This document shows, one piece after another, positions 1 to 10,000 of a DNA stretch of 64,000 nucleotides; positions within the stretch are counted from its first letter, which is position 1, and each line of letters begins with the position of its first letter. Source of the DNA: an uncultured Candidatus Saccharibacteria bacterium (GTDB lineage: Bacteria > Patescibacteriota > Saccharimonadia > Saccharimonadales > UBA4665). The stretch spans positions 7,580 through 71,579 of the forward strand of contig CAWCON010000001.1 of NCBI GenBank assembly GCA_963797185.1, read 5' to 3'. The position numbers were made by a program, and so were the translations under genes. The notes beneath the pieces were generated by a model. It was not told the origin of the DNA, did not search any database, and saw only the letters and a program-made list of their open reading frames with translations.

Positions 1-1569
1 ACTGACAAGTGCTCCTGTCTGATCGACAAGAATTGTTCCATGAGGAACTTCATCGCTGACCGTGATAGTGTCGGTCGACAAGGAAATAACTTGTCCGTTC
101 TCGGCATTAACCGTGTTGCCTCTTGGGAAGCCATGCTCAACAGCAATCTCGATATGGCGCTGCTTTGAACGAAAGCTACCATATATGGGAACAAAGAACT
201 TGGGATGCAACATGTCGATCATCTCAGCATATTCGTCCATACTGGCATGTCCGGAGACATGAACAGGTCCACAACCATCAATCTCATGAGTTTCATGACG
301 GAAAACATGTACACCCTTGCGCATAAGATCATCAACCATATCGCCAATAGCAGCATCGTTACCAGTTTCAGGAATAGGTGTACTGGATAGTACGACTGTA
401 TCTTGAGCCTTTAACTTAATATGCTTATGGTCACCTGTAGCCATTCGTTGCAGCGCTGAGCTCGGTTCACCCTGCCCTCCGGTACATACAACAACAACTT
501 CACCATCCTTTAGACCCGCCACGTTGGCAATCGGTATGAAAGTTCCTTTAGGAATCTTCACAAAACCGAGGCGAACCGCCATCTCTAACGTGCTAATCAT
601 GCTTCGGCCGTCCATTGCCACTTTGCGGCCGTGATGAACAGCAGCATTAATAATCATCTGTATTCGGTTAATATTGGTCGAGAAGATGGCGATAAACATG
701 CGACCTGGCGCCCTATCGATTAGTTCGACAAAACTCGGTTCAAGGATACTTTCGCTGGGCGTCCGGCCCGGGCGTTCAGTACTTGTGCTTTCGCTAAGTA
801 GCGCTAAAACACCTTCTTTCCCAAGCTCTTTCAGACGTTCCATATCAGTTCTCTCATGGTCAAGCGGATTGGGATCAAATCGAAAGTCACCACTGTTAAC
901 AATCCGGCCTACCGGTGTATCAAGCACAATTGAGGTGCTACCCGGTATGGAGTGGGTAATCCGAACTAGTTCAACGAAAAACTGACCGACTTTTAGGCGC
1001 TCATGGGTATTTTCGTTCATAACAATTGTCTGAAGTTCAAAACCTTCAGGCATTGGCAGCCCAAAATTTTCAAATATTTCTTCAACTCGGCCGATTGTAA
1101 ATCGGGAACCGTAGATAGGTGCAGGAAATTTTGGGACAATATGGGGCAATCCGCCAATGTGGTCGAGGTGACCGTGGGTAATAATATAGCCCTTAATTTT
1201 CTGGCGAATACTTTCCAAGTAGGTAGTATCAGCGATAGCATAATTAATACCTGGCAAATCAACACCAAGATCATTACCGCAATCTAAAAGAACTGCGTCA
1301 TTCATGTACTCAACAAGGATCATGTTCTTTGATCCTCCACCGTCCATTCCTCCTAGGCCAATAATTTTTAGCCGAGGACTGTCATCAATGAAATTAGCTC
1401 TTCGCTCATGATTAGGTGTTGTTAGAGGTGCAGCAGCGTATTGGTTTGCAACGCGTTGCGCATCCTCCTGGCTGCGTTTTTGAGCTCTCATAGCAGCACT
1501 GCGACTAACACTGCGTCCGTTGTTAGGTCTTGAGCCTTGCCTCTGATTGGGTTTTTGGGGAGAATCCAT
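1..1569 (-). CDS. rnj: Ribonuclease J (metallo-beta-lactamase / beta-CASP RNase); C-terminus runs off the window start
   Basis: Own translation of the minus strand from ATG at 1569 is open to position 1. It is absent from the ORF track because no stop lies in the window. Contains the MBL motif THGHLDHIGG, then GDFRFD and VHVSGHAS, in a typical RNase J layout. Confidence 0.85.
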   Translation of the reverse strand, partial: MDSPQKPNQRQGSRPNNGRSVSRSAAMRAQKRSQEDAQRVANQYAAAPLTTPNHERRANFIDDSPRLKIIGLGGMDGGGSKNMILVEYMNDAVLLDCGNDLGVDLPGINYAIADTTYLESIRQKIKGYIITHGHLDHIGGLPHIVPKFPAPIYGSRFTIGRVEEIFENFGLPMPEGFELQTIVMNENTHERLKVGQFFVELVRITHSIPGSTSIVLDTPVGRIVNSGDFRFDPNPLDHERTDMERLKELGKEGVLALLSESTSTERPGRTPSESILEPSFVELIDRAPGRMFIAIFSTNINRIQMIINAAVHHGRKVAMDGRSMISTLEMAVRLGFVKIPKGTFIPIANVAGLKDGEVVVVCTGGQGEPSSALQRMATGDHKHIKLKAQDTVVLSSTPIPETGNDAAIGDMVDDLMRKGVHVFRHETHEIDGCGPVHVSGHASMDEYAEMIDMLHPKFFVPIYGSFRSKQRHIEIAVEHGFPRGNTVNAENGQVISLSTDTITVSDEVPHGTILVDQTGALVS

Positions 1570-1610
1570 GTGTAGATATCCTTTCGTTTGGTTGGTACTT
1601 ATTTAATGAT

Positions 1611-2198
1611 TTAATGGCTGGGTGATGTTGAAATCTTTCGAAGAACTGCGGGAATGGTGGCAAAATCATCTATCAACGTCTGTCTCATGCCACCGTTATA
1701 AAGTGCAGCCGCAGGATGAAACAGGGGTAGGTAAACCTGCCCACGGAAACGCTTCGGCTGACCGTGACACTGGCTAATCTGTAAATCTGGCATAAAACAA
1801 TTAAGGCTGTGTCGGCCCAGTGTTATTACTATTTTAGGCTTTATAACATCAAGCTGAGCTTGAAGATATGGTAGAAAGGCCGCCTTTTCGTCAGGAAACG
1901 GATCCCGATTGGCTGGAGGACGATATTTCACGATGTTAGTGATATATATATCGCTTCGTTTCAGACCGATGGTTGCTAGCATTTCATTCAAGAATTTACC
2001 AGCTGCCCCCACAAAAGGAATGCCTTGCTCGTCTTCATGTTTACCTGGAGCTTCTCCAATAAAAACAATCTCTGCTGTCGGGCTGCCATCACCAAATACT
2101 AGCTGTGTCGCTGAGCTAGCAAGTTCAGGACAGATATTCTTGGCTAGAATGTCTTCCTTGATCTCATCAAGTTTTTTTTGAGCTACAGAATCAGTCAT
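1611..2198 (-). CDS. Uracil-DNA glycosylase, family 4
   Basis: Track ORF of 195 aa with family-4 UDG motifs GEAPGKHEDEQGIPFVGAAGKFL and LFHPAAALYN. Confidence 0.85.
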   Translation of the reverse strand: MTDSVAQKKLDEIKEDILAKNICPELASSATQLVFGDGSPTAEIVFIGEAPGKHEDEQGIPFVGAAGKFLNEMLATIGLKRSDIYITNIVKYRPPANRDPFPDEKAAFLPYLQAQLDVIKPKIVITLGRHSLNCFMPDLQISQCHGQPKRFRGQVYLPLFHPAAALYNGGMRQTLIDDFATIPAVLRKISTSPSH

Positions 2199-2427
2199 TT
2201 TTTATCCCTGGGATAATTGCATTGAACACTCGGTTAACGCCAAATATCACTAGCACAAAAGCTCCGAGATACTCCCACCAACTGCCGGTATCAAATGCCC
2301 GGGAGCTCACTAGATAGCCGAGGATAAAAGCAACGAGAGCTAAACCAAATGCATTCAGTCTTTTGTTGTACCACTGTTTCGGAACCGACTTTGGTGCAGG
2401 TTTAGTAACTGGTTGTTTAGCTGTCAT
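2191..2427 (-). CDS. Small membrane protein (two predicted TM helices), unknown function
   Basis: Track ORF of 78 aa with hydrophobic stretches LALVAFILGYLV and LGAFVLVIFGV. It overlaps pnp and UDG by a few nt on the same strand, which suggests translational coupling. Confidence 0.55.
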   Translation of the reverse strand: MTAKQPVTKPAPKSVPKQWYNKRLNAFGLALVAFILGYLVSSRAFDTGSWWEYLGAFVLVIFGVNRVFNAIIPGIKND

Positions 2428-4570
2428 GATCCTTGGTTTTCCCTGTTTGTCTTTTAGCGGCTTTCATACTCAGCTGCAGTCGTCCACGATCGTCGATAGC
2501 AATAAGTTTAACGGTTACATGATCACCTTCATGAACAACATCACTTGGCTTATCGATACGCTCCTCTGCCATCTCGCTAACATGAACAAGCCCTTCTTTT
2601 CCAGGTAGAATTTCTACAAAAGCACCGAAATCAAGTACGCTCACGACTCGACAGTTTTCATAGATTTTACCAACTTCAGGTTCGGCAGTAATTGATCGAA
2701 TAATCTTAATAGCACCATCGATTGATTTCTTGTCCGGGCTCGCAATAAATACAGTGCCGTCATCCTTAATATCAATTTCTGCGCCGGTCTCGGCAATAAT
2801 CTTATTGATTGTTTCACCACCCTTGCCAATAACTTCGCGTATCTTCTCAGGATTGATCGTAATTGATTCGACTCTCGGAGCGTAAGGACTAAGATCGGCA
2901 CGTGGTTCAGCGAGGGTTTTAAGCATGTGCGCCAAAATAAATGCCCGTCCCTCTTTGGCCTGGTTCAGTGCTGTTTTCAGGACATCAACCCCTAAACCAT
3001 GAACTTTCATATCCATTTGTAAAGCAGTAACACCCTTCTCGGTACCAGCGACCTTGAAATCCATGTCACCCGCAAAATCTTCTGCATCAGCAATATCGCT
3101 CAATATGGCTGCTTTCTTGCCATCAAGCATCAGACCCATAGCTATTCCACTAACCGGGCGACGAATAGGCACACCGGCATCCATTAATGCTAAGCAGCTG
3201 GAGCACGTAGCCGCCATAGAAGTACTGCCGTGCTGACTCATAATTTCAGTGACGGAACGAATTGTGTAGGGGAAATCCTGCTCAGTTGGCAGAACGCTTA
3301 ACAAAGCACGTTCAGCAAGTGCAGAATGACCGATTTCACGGCGTCCAGGGCTACCAAGTCGACGGATATCACCAGTCGTATAGCCCGGCGCATTATAATG
3401 ATGCATGAAGCGTTTCTCGCCCTCAGTCTCCATCGTATCAATCAGCTGAACATAACTAAGCGGTGCGAGCGTTACGATATTCAACGCCTGCGTCATACCT
3501 CTAGTAAATAGACTTGAACCGTGTGCTCGAGGCAAGATACCTACTTCTGAACTCAGCGCACGGATCTCGTCAAGCGCACGTCCATCTGGTCGGGCTCCAT
3601 CTTTGAGTATACCATTGCGCACGTCTTGGTTAACGGCAGACGACCACGCATCCTCGTAATCCCGCTTCAAGTTGGCGAAGGCCTCTTCTCCTAGCTCATC
3701 TGAAAAATGCTGAAGAAGCTCTTGGCGTAGCTCGTGCATTTTTTCGTGCCTTTCAGGATAACTAGCACGGATTTTAGCCCCTAACTTACCTTCAAGCCAT
3801 TTATCTACTTGTTGTTGGATATCTTTGCTTGGCAAACTAAGACTATAGTCCTGAGGTTTAACACCAACTTCTTTTATCAATTCGCGCTGTAATGTAATAG
3901 CTGGCTGGAGAGACTTATGGGCAATCACAAGCGCATCGGCAATTTGATCTTCACTGACTTCGTTAGCCCCCGCTTCAACCATCATGATAGCCTCTTCGGT
4001 CCCAGCCACCACTAAGTCGAGTCCACCACTTAAGAGTTGCTCCTTCGAAGCAAAAGGTGTTGGCTTCCCATCAACTAAGCCAAGTCGTAAGCCTGCAACA
4101 GGCCCATCAAACGGAGCACCTGTTAGCATAAATGCGGCACTCATCGCAATCATAGCAATAGCATCAGGTCGAAACGTCGGGTCAAGGCTAAGGACGGTTG
4201 CCACTCCTTGTACTTCATTTCTGTAGCCCTTTGGCCACAATGGTCGAATTGGACGATCAATCAAGCGACCAATCAAAACAGCTTCGTCACTCGGTTTACC
4301 CTCCCGTTTTACAAACCGGCTACCGCTGATTTTACCCGCTGCATACATTTTTTCTTCATAATCAATACTGAGCGGAAAGTAGTCAAAACCAGCAACCGCC
4401 TGTTCGCTAACCATTGCCGTTGCCAACACAACAGTGTCACCATATCGGGCGAGCACTGACGCCGTTGACCGAAAGCCAACCCGGCCAACTTCTAAACTTA
4501 ATGTCCGACCACAGAGCTGTGTCTCGACTTTAATAACTTTTTTGCCAAATGGATTGATGGTTTGTCCCAT
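2417..4570 (-). CDS. pnp: Polyribonucleotide nucleotidyltransferase (PNPase)
   Basis: Track ORF of 717 aa with two RNase PH domains, then KH (GKGGETINKI) and an S1 C-terminus. It sits in the conserved rpsO-pnp synteny. Confidence 0.97.
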   Translation of the reverse strand: MGQTINPFGKKVIKVETQLCGRTLSLEVGRVGFRSTASVLARYGDTVVLATAMVSEQAVAGFDYFPLSIDYEEKMYAAGKISGSRFVKREGKPSDEAVLIGRLIDRPIRPLWPKGYRNEVQGVATVLSLDPTFRPDAIAMIAMSAAFMLTGAPFDGPVAGLRLGLVDGKPTPFASKEQLLSGGLDLVVAGTEEAIMMVEAGANEVSEDQIADALVIAHKSLQPAITLQRELIKEVGVKPQDYSLSLPSKDIQQQVDKWLEGKLGAKIRASYPERHEKMHELRQELLQHFSDELGEEAFANLKRDYEDAWSSAVNQDVRNGILKDGARPDGRALDEIRALSSEVGILPRAHGSSLFTRGMTQALNIVTLAPLSYVQLIDTMETEGEKRFMHHYNAPGYTTGDIRRLGSPGRREIGHSALAERALLSVLPTEQDFPYTIRSVTEIMSQHGSTSMAATCSSCLALMDAGVPIRRPVSGIAMGLMLDGKKAAILSDIADAEDFAGDMDFKVAGTEKGVTALQMDMKVHGLGVDVLKTALNQAKEGRAFILAHMLKTLAEPRADLSPYAPRVESITINPEKIREVIGKGGETINKIIAETGAEIDIKDDGTVFIASPDKKSIDGAIKIIRSITAEPEVGKIYENCRVVSVLDFGAFVEILPGKEGLVHVSEMAEERIDKPSDVVHEGDHVTVKLIAIDDRGRLQLSMKAAKRQTGKTKDHDS

Positions 4571-4596
4571 AATTTCCCCGCGCCTTTCTAAAAGTG

Positions 4597-4651
4597 ATAC
4601 GGTACAGGGTTCAGATATACGCGTATCGTATAGCTGTGCTCTGTCCCGTAT
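4597..4651 (-). promoter_or_regulatory. Long imperfect hairpin in the pnp 5' leader (possible processing or autoregulation stem)
   Basis: ATACGGTACAG (4597-4607) pairs with CTGTCCCGTAT (4641-4651) with one mismatch. An inner palindrome TATACG..CGTATA lies between them. The element is 27 nt upstream of the pnp ATG. Confidence 0.3.
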
Positions 4652-4790
4652 GCTTGAACTTACTTAATAATTACCTTTTATCATTTTATTTTAGGGTAGT
4701 TCTGCCCATTGTATCCGCATATCACCGGTGCTCTATGGTTGAGCTTATACGATGAGTCGGATCTTGAAATACCCAAAAGTAAAAGGACAA

Positions 4791-5111
4791 TTAACGACGA
4801 ATGCCTAATTTCTTAATAAGGTCTAGGTACGTTTGACTATCTTGTTTGGCAATATATTGCAATAAACGGCGGCGCTTGCCTACCAACTGCAATAAACCAC
4901 GACGAGCAGCATAATCCTTCTTGTTGATCTTCATATGCTCAGCAAGGTCTTTTATGCGATCTGTCATAATGCCGACTTGTACAGCACTACCACCAGAATC
5001 ATCTTTGTGGCTCTGCAAATCTTTTACCACCGACTGTTGATTTATCACGCTAGAGAGGATTTTACCAGATCGGGAGCCAAAATGCAAGGTGTCTAGTGCC
5101 AAGCTTGGCAC
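4791..5111 (-). CDS. rpsO: 30S ribosomal protein S15 (start codon uncertain)
   Basis: The C-terminal 85 aa match the S15 pattern (SAVQVGIMTDRIKDLAEHMK...RRGLLQLVGKRRRLLQY...LGIRR). The longest ORF starts at GTG 5111; internal TTG/GTG starts are also possible. Confidence 0.9.
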   Translation of the reverse strand: MPSLALDTLHFGSRSGKILSSVINQQSVVKDLQSHKDDSGGSAVQVGIMTDRIKDLAEHMKINKKDYAARRGLLQLVGKRRRLLQYIAKQDSQTYLDLIKKLGIRR

Positions 5112-5806
5112 TAGACTGTTTTGAGGTGTTTTTTGATAGTTGCATAATCAATATCAGAGATAGAAATAGCTTCATCAACATTAAACTGCCCGATGCTTAA
5201 TCGGCGAATACTGTGAGCAAATGCGCCTGTTTGTAATTTTGAGCCAATGTCACTCGCTAGTGATCGAATGTAGGTGCCACTACTGACTCGAGCAACCATA
5301 TCTACATAAGGGTAGTTATAATTATCGACGAGAAGTTCGTGCATGGTAATCGAGCGAGGATCCAATTCAACTGGACGACCCTGACGAGCAGCCAGATACG
5401 CTGGACGACCTTTAACCTTGATAGCCGAAAACTGTGGTGGAATCTGTTCGCTCACTCCCAAGAATGTCTCTGCAACCCGACGAATTGTCGTTAAATCAGG
5501 CTGCGTATCCGATACGGCTGTTTTCTCGCCCTCTTCATCACCAGTCGTGCTCGTTTGCCCAAGCCTCAGGGTAAAAGCGTACGTTTTATCAAGTTTACTA
5601 AAAGACGCTGCTTGCTTGGTATATGTACCGAATACAATTATTAATAGCCCTGTTGCTTCGGGATCAAGCGTGCCGGTATGCCCGACTGGAAAACGCTTTT
5701 TTGAAGTACGGGGTGGCATTGCTTGCTCGACCACAGCTCGTAACTTGTTAACAATATCAAAACTGGTCCAACCTTGTGGTTTGTCAATCAATAAAATTCC
5801 ATTCAC
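5111..5806 (-). CDS. truB: tRNA pseudouridine(55) synthase TruB
   Basis: Track ORF of 231 aa with NGILLIDKPQGWTSFD and the catalytic GHTGTLDPEATG motif. Synteny with rpsO and pnp. Confidence 0.95.
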   Translation of the reverse strand: MNGILLIDKPQGWTSFDIVNKLRAVVEQAMPPRTSKKRFPVGHTGTLDPEATGLLIIVFGTYTKQAASFSKLDKTYAFTLRLGQTSTTGDEEGEKTAVSDTQPDLTTIRRVAETFLGVSEQIPPQFSAIKVKGRPAYLAARQGRPVELDPRSITMHELLVDNYNYPYVDMVARVSSGTYIRSLASDIGSKLQTGAFAHSIRRLSIGQFNVDEAISISDIDYATIKKHLKTV

Positions 5807-5851
5807 ACCGTTATACTAACAGACCGTTGCGAAGATCGATATGGCTACAGT

Positions 5852-7777
5852 CTAGATTGAGACGCCGGGAATAGTACCGTTCAGCCCTTGATCGTTATTG
5901 GCGACAGGTGCCGTTGGCTGAGTTGGCTGGATAAACGTCATCGGAGGTGGAACTGGTGGAGGCGCAAGTGTATTTAAAGGATCGGTGATAGGATTTTTCC
6001 CGAGCGCTTCAGATGGAGGTGGAACGGTTCCAAAGGTAGGAGTTGGCATCGGCATATCCAAAGCATCGATAGGTTCATTCGGTTGGCCCGTAAAATTCTG
6101 CGGAACCCCAGAGGGCTGATCAATATTATAGTCAGTCAAAGGATTCGTATCGGGTACAGGCAAAGCGGTAGCCGGTGATTTGATAATAAGAGCTGGCTCA
6201 CTCGCTTCAGACGGACTTGGGTGAAGACTATCACCAAGCGGCTGGGCGTTCAAGGCGGCAATTGGCTCTAAGGGGCGATCTGTTTGAGTTGCCATGGCTG
6301 CTTCAACGGCGTTACGAGCACTTTCTAGGTCAGGCGACAGGACATCTGATCGGCCCTCGTTATTTGTTCCAGATAGCTCCGGAATTGGCTCTTCTGATGG
6401 AGCTGGTTGAAGATGAGGGCTGTGAACGGCCTGTTCGAGTTGGGCTAATGTCTTGTCTGACTGATTAGGCTGTGCCAGTTCGTTATCTGGCGCACCAGAA
6501 CCCTGGTCAGCAACTGCCGGTGCCGTATTGGGCAGATTAACTGGTGGCAAATTCATAGTAGTACCCGCTGTATCATTTTGGTAAGCCGGCATACTAGTAT
6601 CTGGAGCGGTCGACGCAAGAGGAGCTGGCGTGTTGGTGCTGCTCAAGTTAACGGACGTGCTATCTATGGCTGCTGAGGTATCAATCATTGGCGGTGTCGC
6701 TGGGGGTACTTGGTTGTCAAGATCATGTAACTGCCCTTCATCATCAATATGAATCCCTTGTGTCGGTGTTTCAGGAGCGGGAGGGGGCGTATTGGCCATA
6801 GTGTCAGCACCATCATTATGATTAACCGTGAGCACCCCGTCGTTAGTACTGCTATCCGATGGTGGAGCAGCAGGAGGGTTAGTGCCCGGAGGAGGCTGGG
6901 TTGGCGAAGAAGGCGCTAAGGGGTCGGGTGGTGCCTGAGGAGGAGGCGTATCTAGCTTAGTTGCTACTAGTTGCTGATTAGCCCCTGCCGTCATAAGTCG
7001 AGCACTGATACTCATGGTTTGCGGTGTAGTTTTCGGATTACTGAAACGGTCCGTCTCTGCCACTATCCCGGTTAACAGAGCGGTTGCTATTTGACTGTCA
7101 AGAATATTCTTATCCAATTCATCGCTAAGCTGGACAACCAATTCACTTAGACTGCTTACGCTGGTGTCTTCCCAGTGTATACTTCCAAGTTCGACATTTG
7201 AGGTATTGTTAATACTAATGACTGTGGCATCGTGCAAAATTCGTCCGTGCGCGGTAATGGCCTGATCAAGATCGGTCTGTTGATGCACCCCTAAGCAAAT
7301 AACGGCATCTACATTAAAATCGCCCTGACTAAACTCCAAATCTTTTTCATTAATCGTTGTTTTGTAAGGAGTAATAAAAATCTTGACGACTTTATCTTCA
7401 ACTTTATAGCGAAGTTTATCAGCCTTCGATTTATCGAGCGCAATAATAAAGTCACGCAAACTATCCGTATTTACTTCAAGCGTCTTTTCTGGCTGCAGGA
7501 ATTCAATCGTTGACGGTACCACACCACTAAACACGGCTGTTCCGTGTTTACCTAGCTTATTGAGCATAAGTGTTAACCCTATACACGCAGCTAACTGATC
7601 AACCGAAGGATTACTACTAACGGTCACCAAGACGTTGTTGGCCTGCTTAATCCGCTCTGTTACCTGAAGTTTGGCATTATCCATTTTTTGTTTTTTAACC
7701 CTTAAGTCAAAATTACCATAATCATAGTGTTTTGTCGATAGTTTTCTCAAGGCTGCTGCATGAGGTACTTTACACAT
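5852..7777 (-). CDS. DHH-superfamily-like protein with degenerate catalytic motifs and a roughly 370-aa Pro/Thr/Ser/Ala-rich low-complexity C-terminus
   Basis: The N-terminal 270 aa resemble an NrnA-type DHH/DHHA1 fold at the position usually held by the DHH gene upstream of truB. The expected DxD and DHH motifs read NPSVD and GVHQQ. An alternative start is ATG 7684. Confidence 0.6.
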   Translation of the reverse strand: MCKVPHAAALRKLSTKHYDYGNFDLRVKKQKMDNAKLQVTERIKQANNVLVTVSSNPSVDQLAACIGLTLMLNKLGKHGTAVFSGVVPSTIEFLQPEKTLEVNTDSLRDFIIALDKSKADKLRYKVEDKVVKIFITPYKTTINEKDLEFSQGDFNVDAVICLGVHQQTDLDQAITAHGRILHDATVISINNTSNVELGSIHWEDTSVSSLSELVVQLSDELDKNILDSQIATALLTGIVAETDRFSNPKTTPQTMSISARLMTAGANQQLVATKLDTPPPQAPPDPLAPSSPTQPPPGTNPPAAPPSDSSTNDGVLTVNHNDGADTMANTPPPAPETPTQGIHIDDEGQLHDLDNQVPPATPPMIDTSAAIDSTSVNLSSTNTPAPLASTAPDTSMPAYQNDTAGTTMNLPPVNLPNTAPAVADQGSGAPDNELAQPNQSDKTLAQLEQAVHSPHLQPAPSEEPIPELSGTNNEGRSDVLSPDLESARNAVEAAMATQTDRPLEPIAALNAQPLGDSLHPSPSEASEPALIIKSPATALPVPDTNPLTDYNIDQPSGVPQNFTGQPNEPIDALDMPMPTPTFGTVPPPSEALGKNPITDPLNTLAPPPVPPPMTFIQPTQPTAPVANNDQGLNGTIPGVSI

Positions 7778-7829
7778 CGACTATACCCCTGTATAGTTTG
7801 TCTCAACATTAAAAGATAAAGGTTACGCT

Positions 7830-8180
7830 ATGCCAATCATAAAATCAGCTAAAAAACGCGTACGGGTTGCCCACAAGGCTAGCCTGCGCAATAGTAAATC
7901 AAAACGCTCACTTCGCAGCGCCGTTAAGTCATTCCATAAAGCAGTAACTGGCAAAAATAGCTCTACTGTTACTAAAGCTCACCGTACCGCTCAAAGCGAA
8001 CTAGGTAAAGCAGGTAAGAAAAAAATACTTCACAAAAACAAAGTAGCTCGCAAACAGCGACAACTCTCACGAGCTGCAAAAACGGTGGCTACTGCTAAAG
8101 TTACCCCGAAAGTTAAAAAGAGTCCCGTCAAGAAAACGACAAAGACCACACGAACTCCGAAGAAGAAAACGAAAGCTTAG
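7830..8180 (+). CDS. rpsT: 30S ribosomal protein S20 with a Lys-rich C-terminal extension
   Basis: N-terminus is MPIIKSAKKRVRV...; 116 aa against the usual length of about 88 aa. The tail is KVTPKVKKSPVKKTTKTTRTPKKKTKA. Confidence 0.9.
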   Translation: MPIIKSAKKRVRVAHKASLRNSKSKRSLRSAVKSFHKAVTGKNSSTVTKAHRTAQSELGKAGKKKILHKNKVARKQRQLSRAAKTVATAKVTPKVKKSPVKKTTKTTRTPKKKTKA

Positions 8181-9121
8181 ACTTTCGACAAACTTAACAG
8201 ATAGTACTGCAGTGCTTCATCGGCATCGATGGTTGCTGTTTTAAGCTTAATATCTAACTCCAATAACGTGGTGACGAGTTTCTGTAGCTCAGACATGCCT
8301 AGTCCTCGAGCAATATTGACACCCTTTCGCAGTACGAAAGGGCTTATTGATGCTTGTTTGGCAATTTGCTCGATTGACTTCTGGTTGGCAGCCTTAATAA
8401 GCACAAGGATATGAAGCTGCCAGGCGAGCATGGCAATAATTTGAGGCGGTTCAGCACCCATAACTCTTTGCTCGTTGTATAGATTTATGGTTCGTTCCAC
8501 ATTGCCTGAAAAAGCAGCATCAAGCATGGCAAAAATAGTGCTCTGCGGAGTTGATTCGGTCAATAATTCAATGTTTGCTCTCGAAACAGTTGGTTCATAG
8601 AGCAGTAATTTACCAATCTCGCTCGATAATAACTGCTGATTGCTACCGACACGATCAATCAGAAAACGAGCGTCTTGCAAGGATATGTTCCCGTGATTCT
8701 CTTTGGCGGTCGCAACCAGCCATTTCACTAGTCCCTCTCCGTCGAGTGGCTGAAATTCACGAAAATCAGTCACCTTTTTAAGGAGAGTATGGTAACTGGA
8801 ACGCTTATCTAGCTTTGGTTCAACAATAATAAGCTCCGTTGTTGATGGTAGCTCGGCCAATAACTTTTTAGCTGCCTCGACAAATTGCTTGCTTGCACTC
8901 CCATTTTTTAGAACGATCATCATTTTAGAAGACAAGAAAGGTAGGCTTTGCAACGAAGCTTGTAGCTTTGCAAAATCTGCTTCCTCTCCATCAAGCTGCT
9001 CTAGCGCTAGGTCCCCTTGCTCCCTAATAAACTCAGCAATCAGCTCGGTCAATACTTGTTGCCGAGCAAAATCATTGATGCCTGTTAGTGTTATAGTCAC
9101 AATTATTTCCGTTTCTGGCAA
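8177..9121 (-). CDS. holA: DNA polymerase III delta subunit (HolA-like)
   Basis: Track ORF of 314 aa with a delta-subunit-like helical pattern. It shows the conserved neighbourhood convergent with rpsT; the two stop codons overlap. Confidence 0.75.
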   Translation of the reverse strand: MPETEIIVTITLTGINDFARQQVLTELIAEFIREQGDLALEQLDGEEADFAKLQASLQSLPFLSSKMMIVLKNGSASKQFVEAAKKLLAELPSTTELIIVEPKLDKRSSYHTLLKKVTDFREFQPLDGEGLVKWLVATAKENHGNISLQDARFLIDRVGSNQQLLSSEIGKLLLYEPTVSRANIELLTESTPQSTIFAMLDAAFSGNVERTINLYNEQRVMGAEPPQIIAMLAWQLHILVLIKAANQKSIEQIAKQASISPFVLRKGVNIARGLGMSELQKLVTTLLELDIKLKTATIDADEALQYYLLSLSKV

Positions 9122-9975
9122 TGAGGACAGATGTGCGTACCACGGCCAGCTACCCTCTGTTTAATAATCACTGAACCGCAACGCGGACAGGTCTGCCCTT
9201 CTCGTCTAAAAACTCGCGCAAAGAGTAAGTAACTACCTTTCTTACCTTCAACATTAATATAATTACGGTCAGTTGAACCACCTTTTTCGATTGACAGTCT
9301 TAAGACCGCTCTCAGTTCCTTGTAAAGAGTTTTGATTGCGCTCGCCGGTAGTTGCCCAACAAGCGTTGTCGGGTGAATTTTCGCACCCCACAAACTTTCG
9401 TCAGCATATATATTACCGACTCCGGCAATGACCGTTTGATCAAGCAAAGCTGCTTTAATGTTTGTCTTAGATCGACGCTGCAGTCTTTTAGCGAAATCCT
9501 GCCAAGTGAAATCCTCAGCTAGCGGTTCCGGCCCCACCTTTTTAAAAAAGTCTATGTTCGGTACTTCACTGGTTGGAAATAACTTTACCCAACCAAACTT
9601 TCGTTGATCATTAAAGAACAACGTACTCCCATCGGCGAAAAAAAATATTACTCGAGTCGAGGAGTCAGGCAATTCACCTACTAAACTCTTGTTAGGGTGC
9701 CCAGCTCCAAAATGATTCGTATCATCACGGTAAACAAGCTGCCCTGTCATTTTGAGATGAATGATCAAGCTGTATTTACTATCCAGTTCAATGAGTAAAA
9801 CTTTCGCCCGTCGCTTAATCGATATAATACTAGCACCAAGCAAGAAATTATCGACATCCGCCTGATTATTTGGGAAACTTTTCGTGTTCGTGACTTCAAC
9901 TCGGGCAATCCGTTTCCCGATTATAAATCTTGTGAGACCTATTCTGACTGTCTCAACCTCTGGCAACTCCGGCAT
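9103..9975 (-). CDS. mutM: Formamidopyrimidine-DNA glycosylase (Fpg/MutM)
   Basis: Start trimmed to ATG 9975 so the protein begins MPELPEVE; the catalytic Pro2 must be N-terminal. The C-terminal zinc finger is CPRCGSVIIKQRVAGRGTHICPHCQ. Confidence 0.9.
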   Translation of the reverse strand: MPELPEVETVRIGLTRFIIGKRIARVEVTNTKSFPNNQADVDNFLLGASIISIKRRAKVLLIELDSKYSLIIHLKMTGQLVYRDDTNHFGAGHPNKSLVGELPDSSTRVIFFFADGSTLFFNDQRKFGWVKLFPTSEVPNIDFFKKVGPEPLAEDFTWQDFAKRLQRRSKTNIKAALLDQTVIAGVGNIYADESLWGAKIHPTTLVGQLPASAIKTLYKELRAVLRLSIEKGGSTDRNYINVEGKKGSYLLFARVFRREGQTCPRCGSVIIKQRVAGRGTHICPHCQKRK

Positions 9976-10000
9976 AGTATACTCAATTGTATCAGTTATA

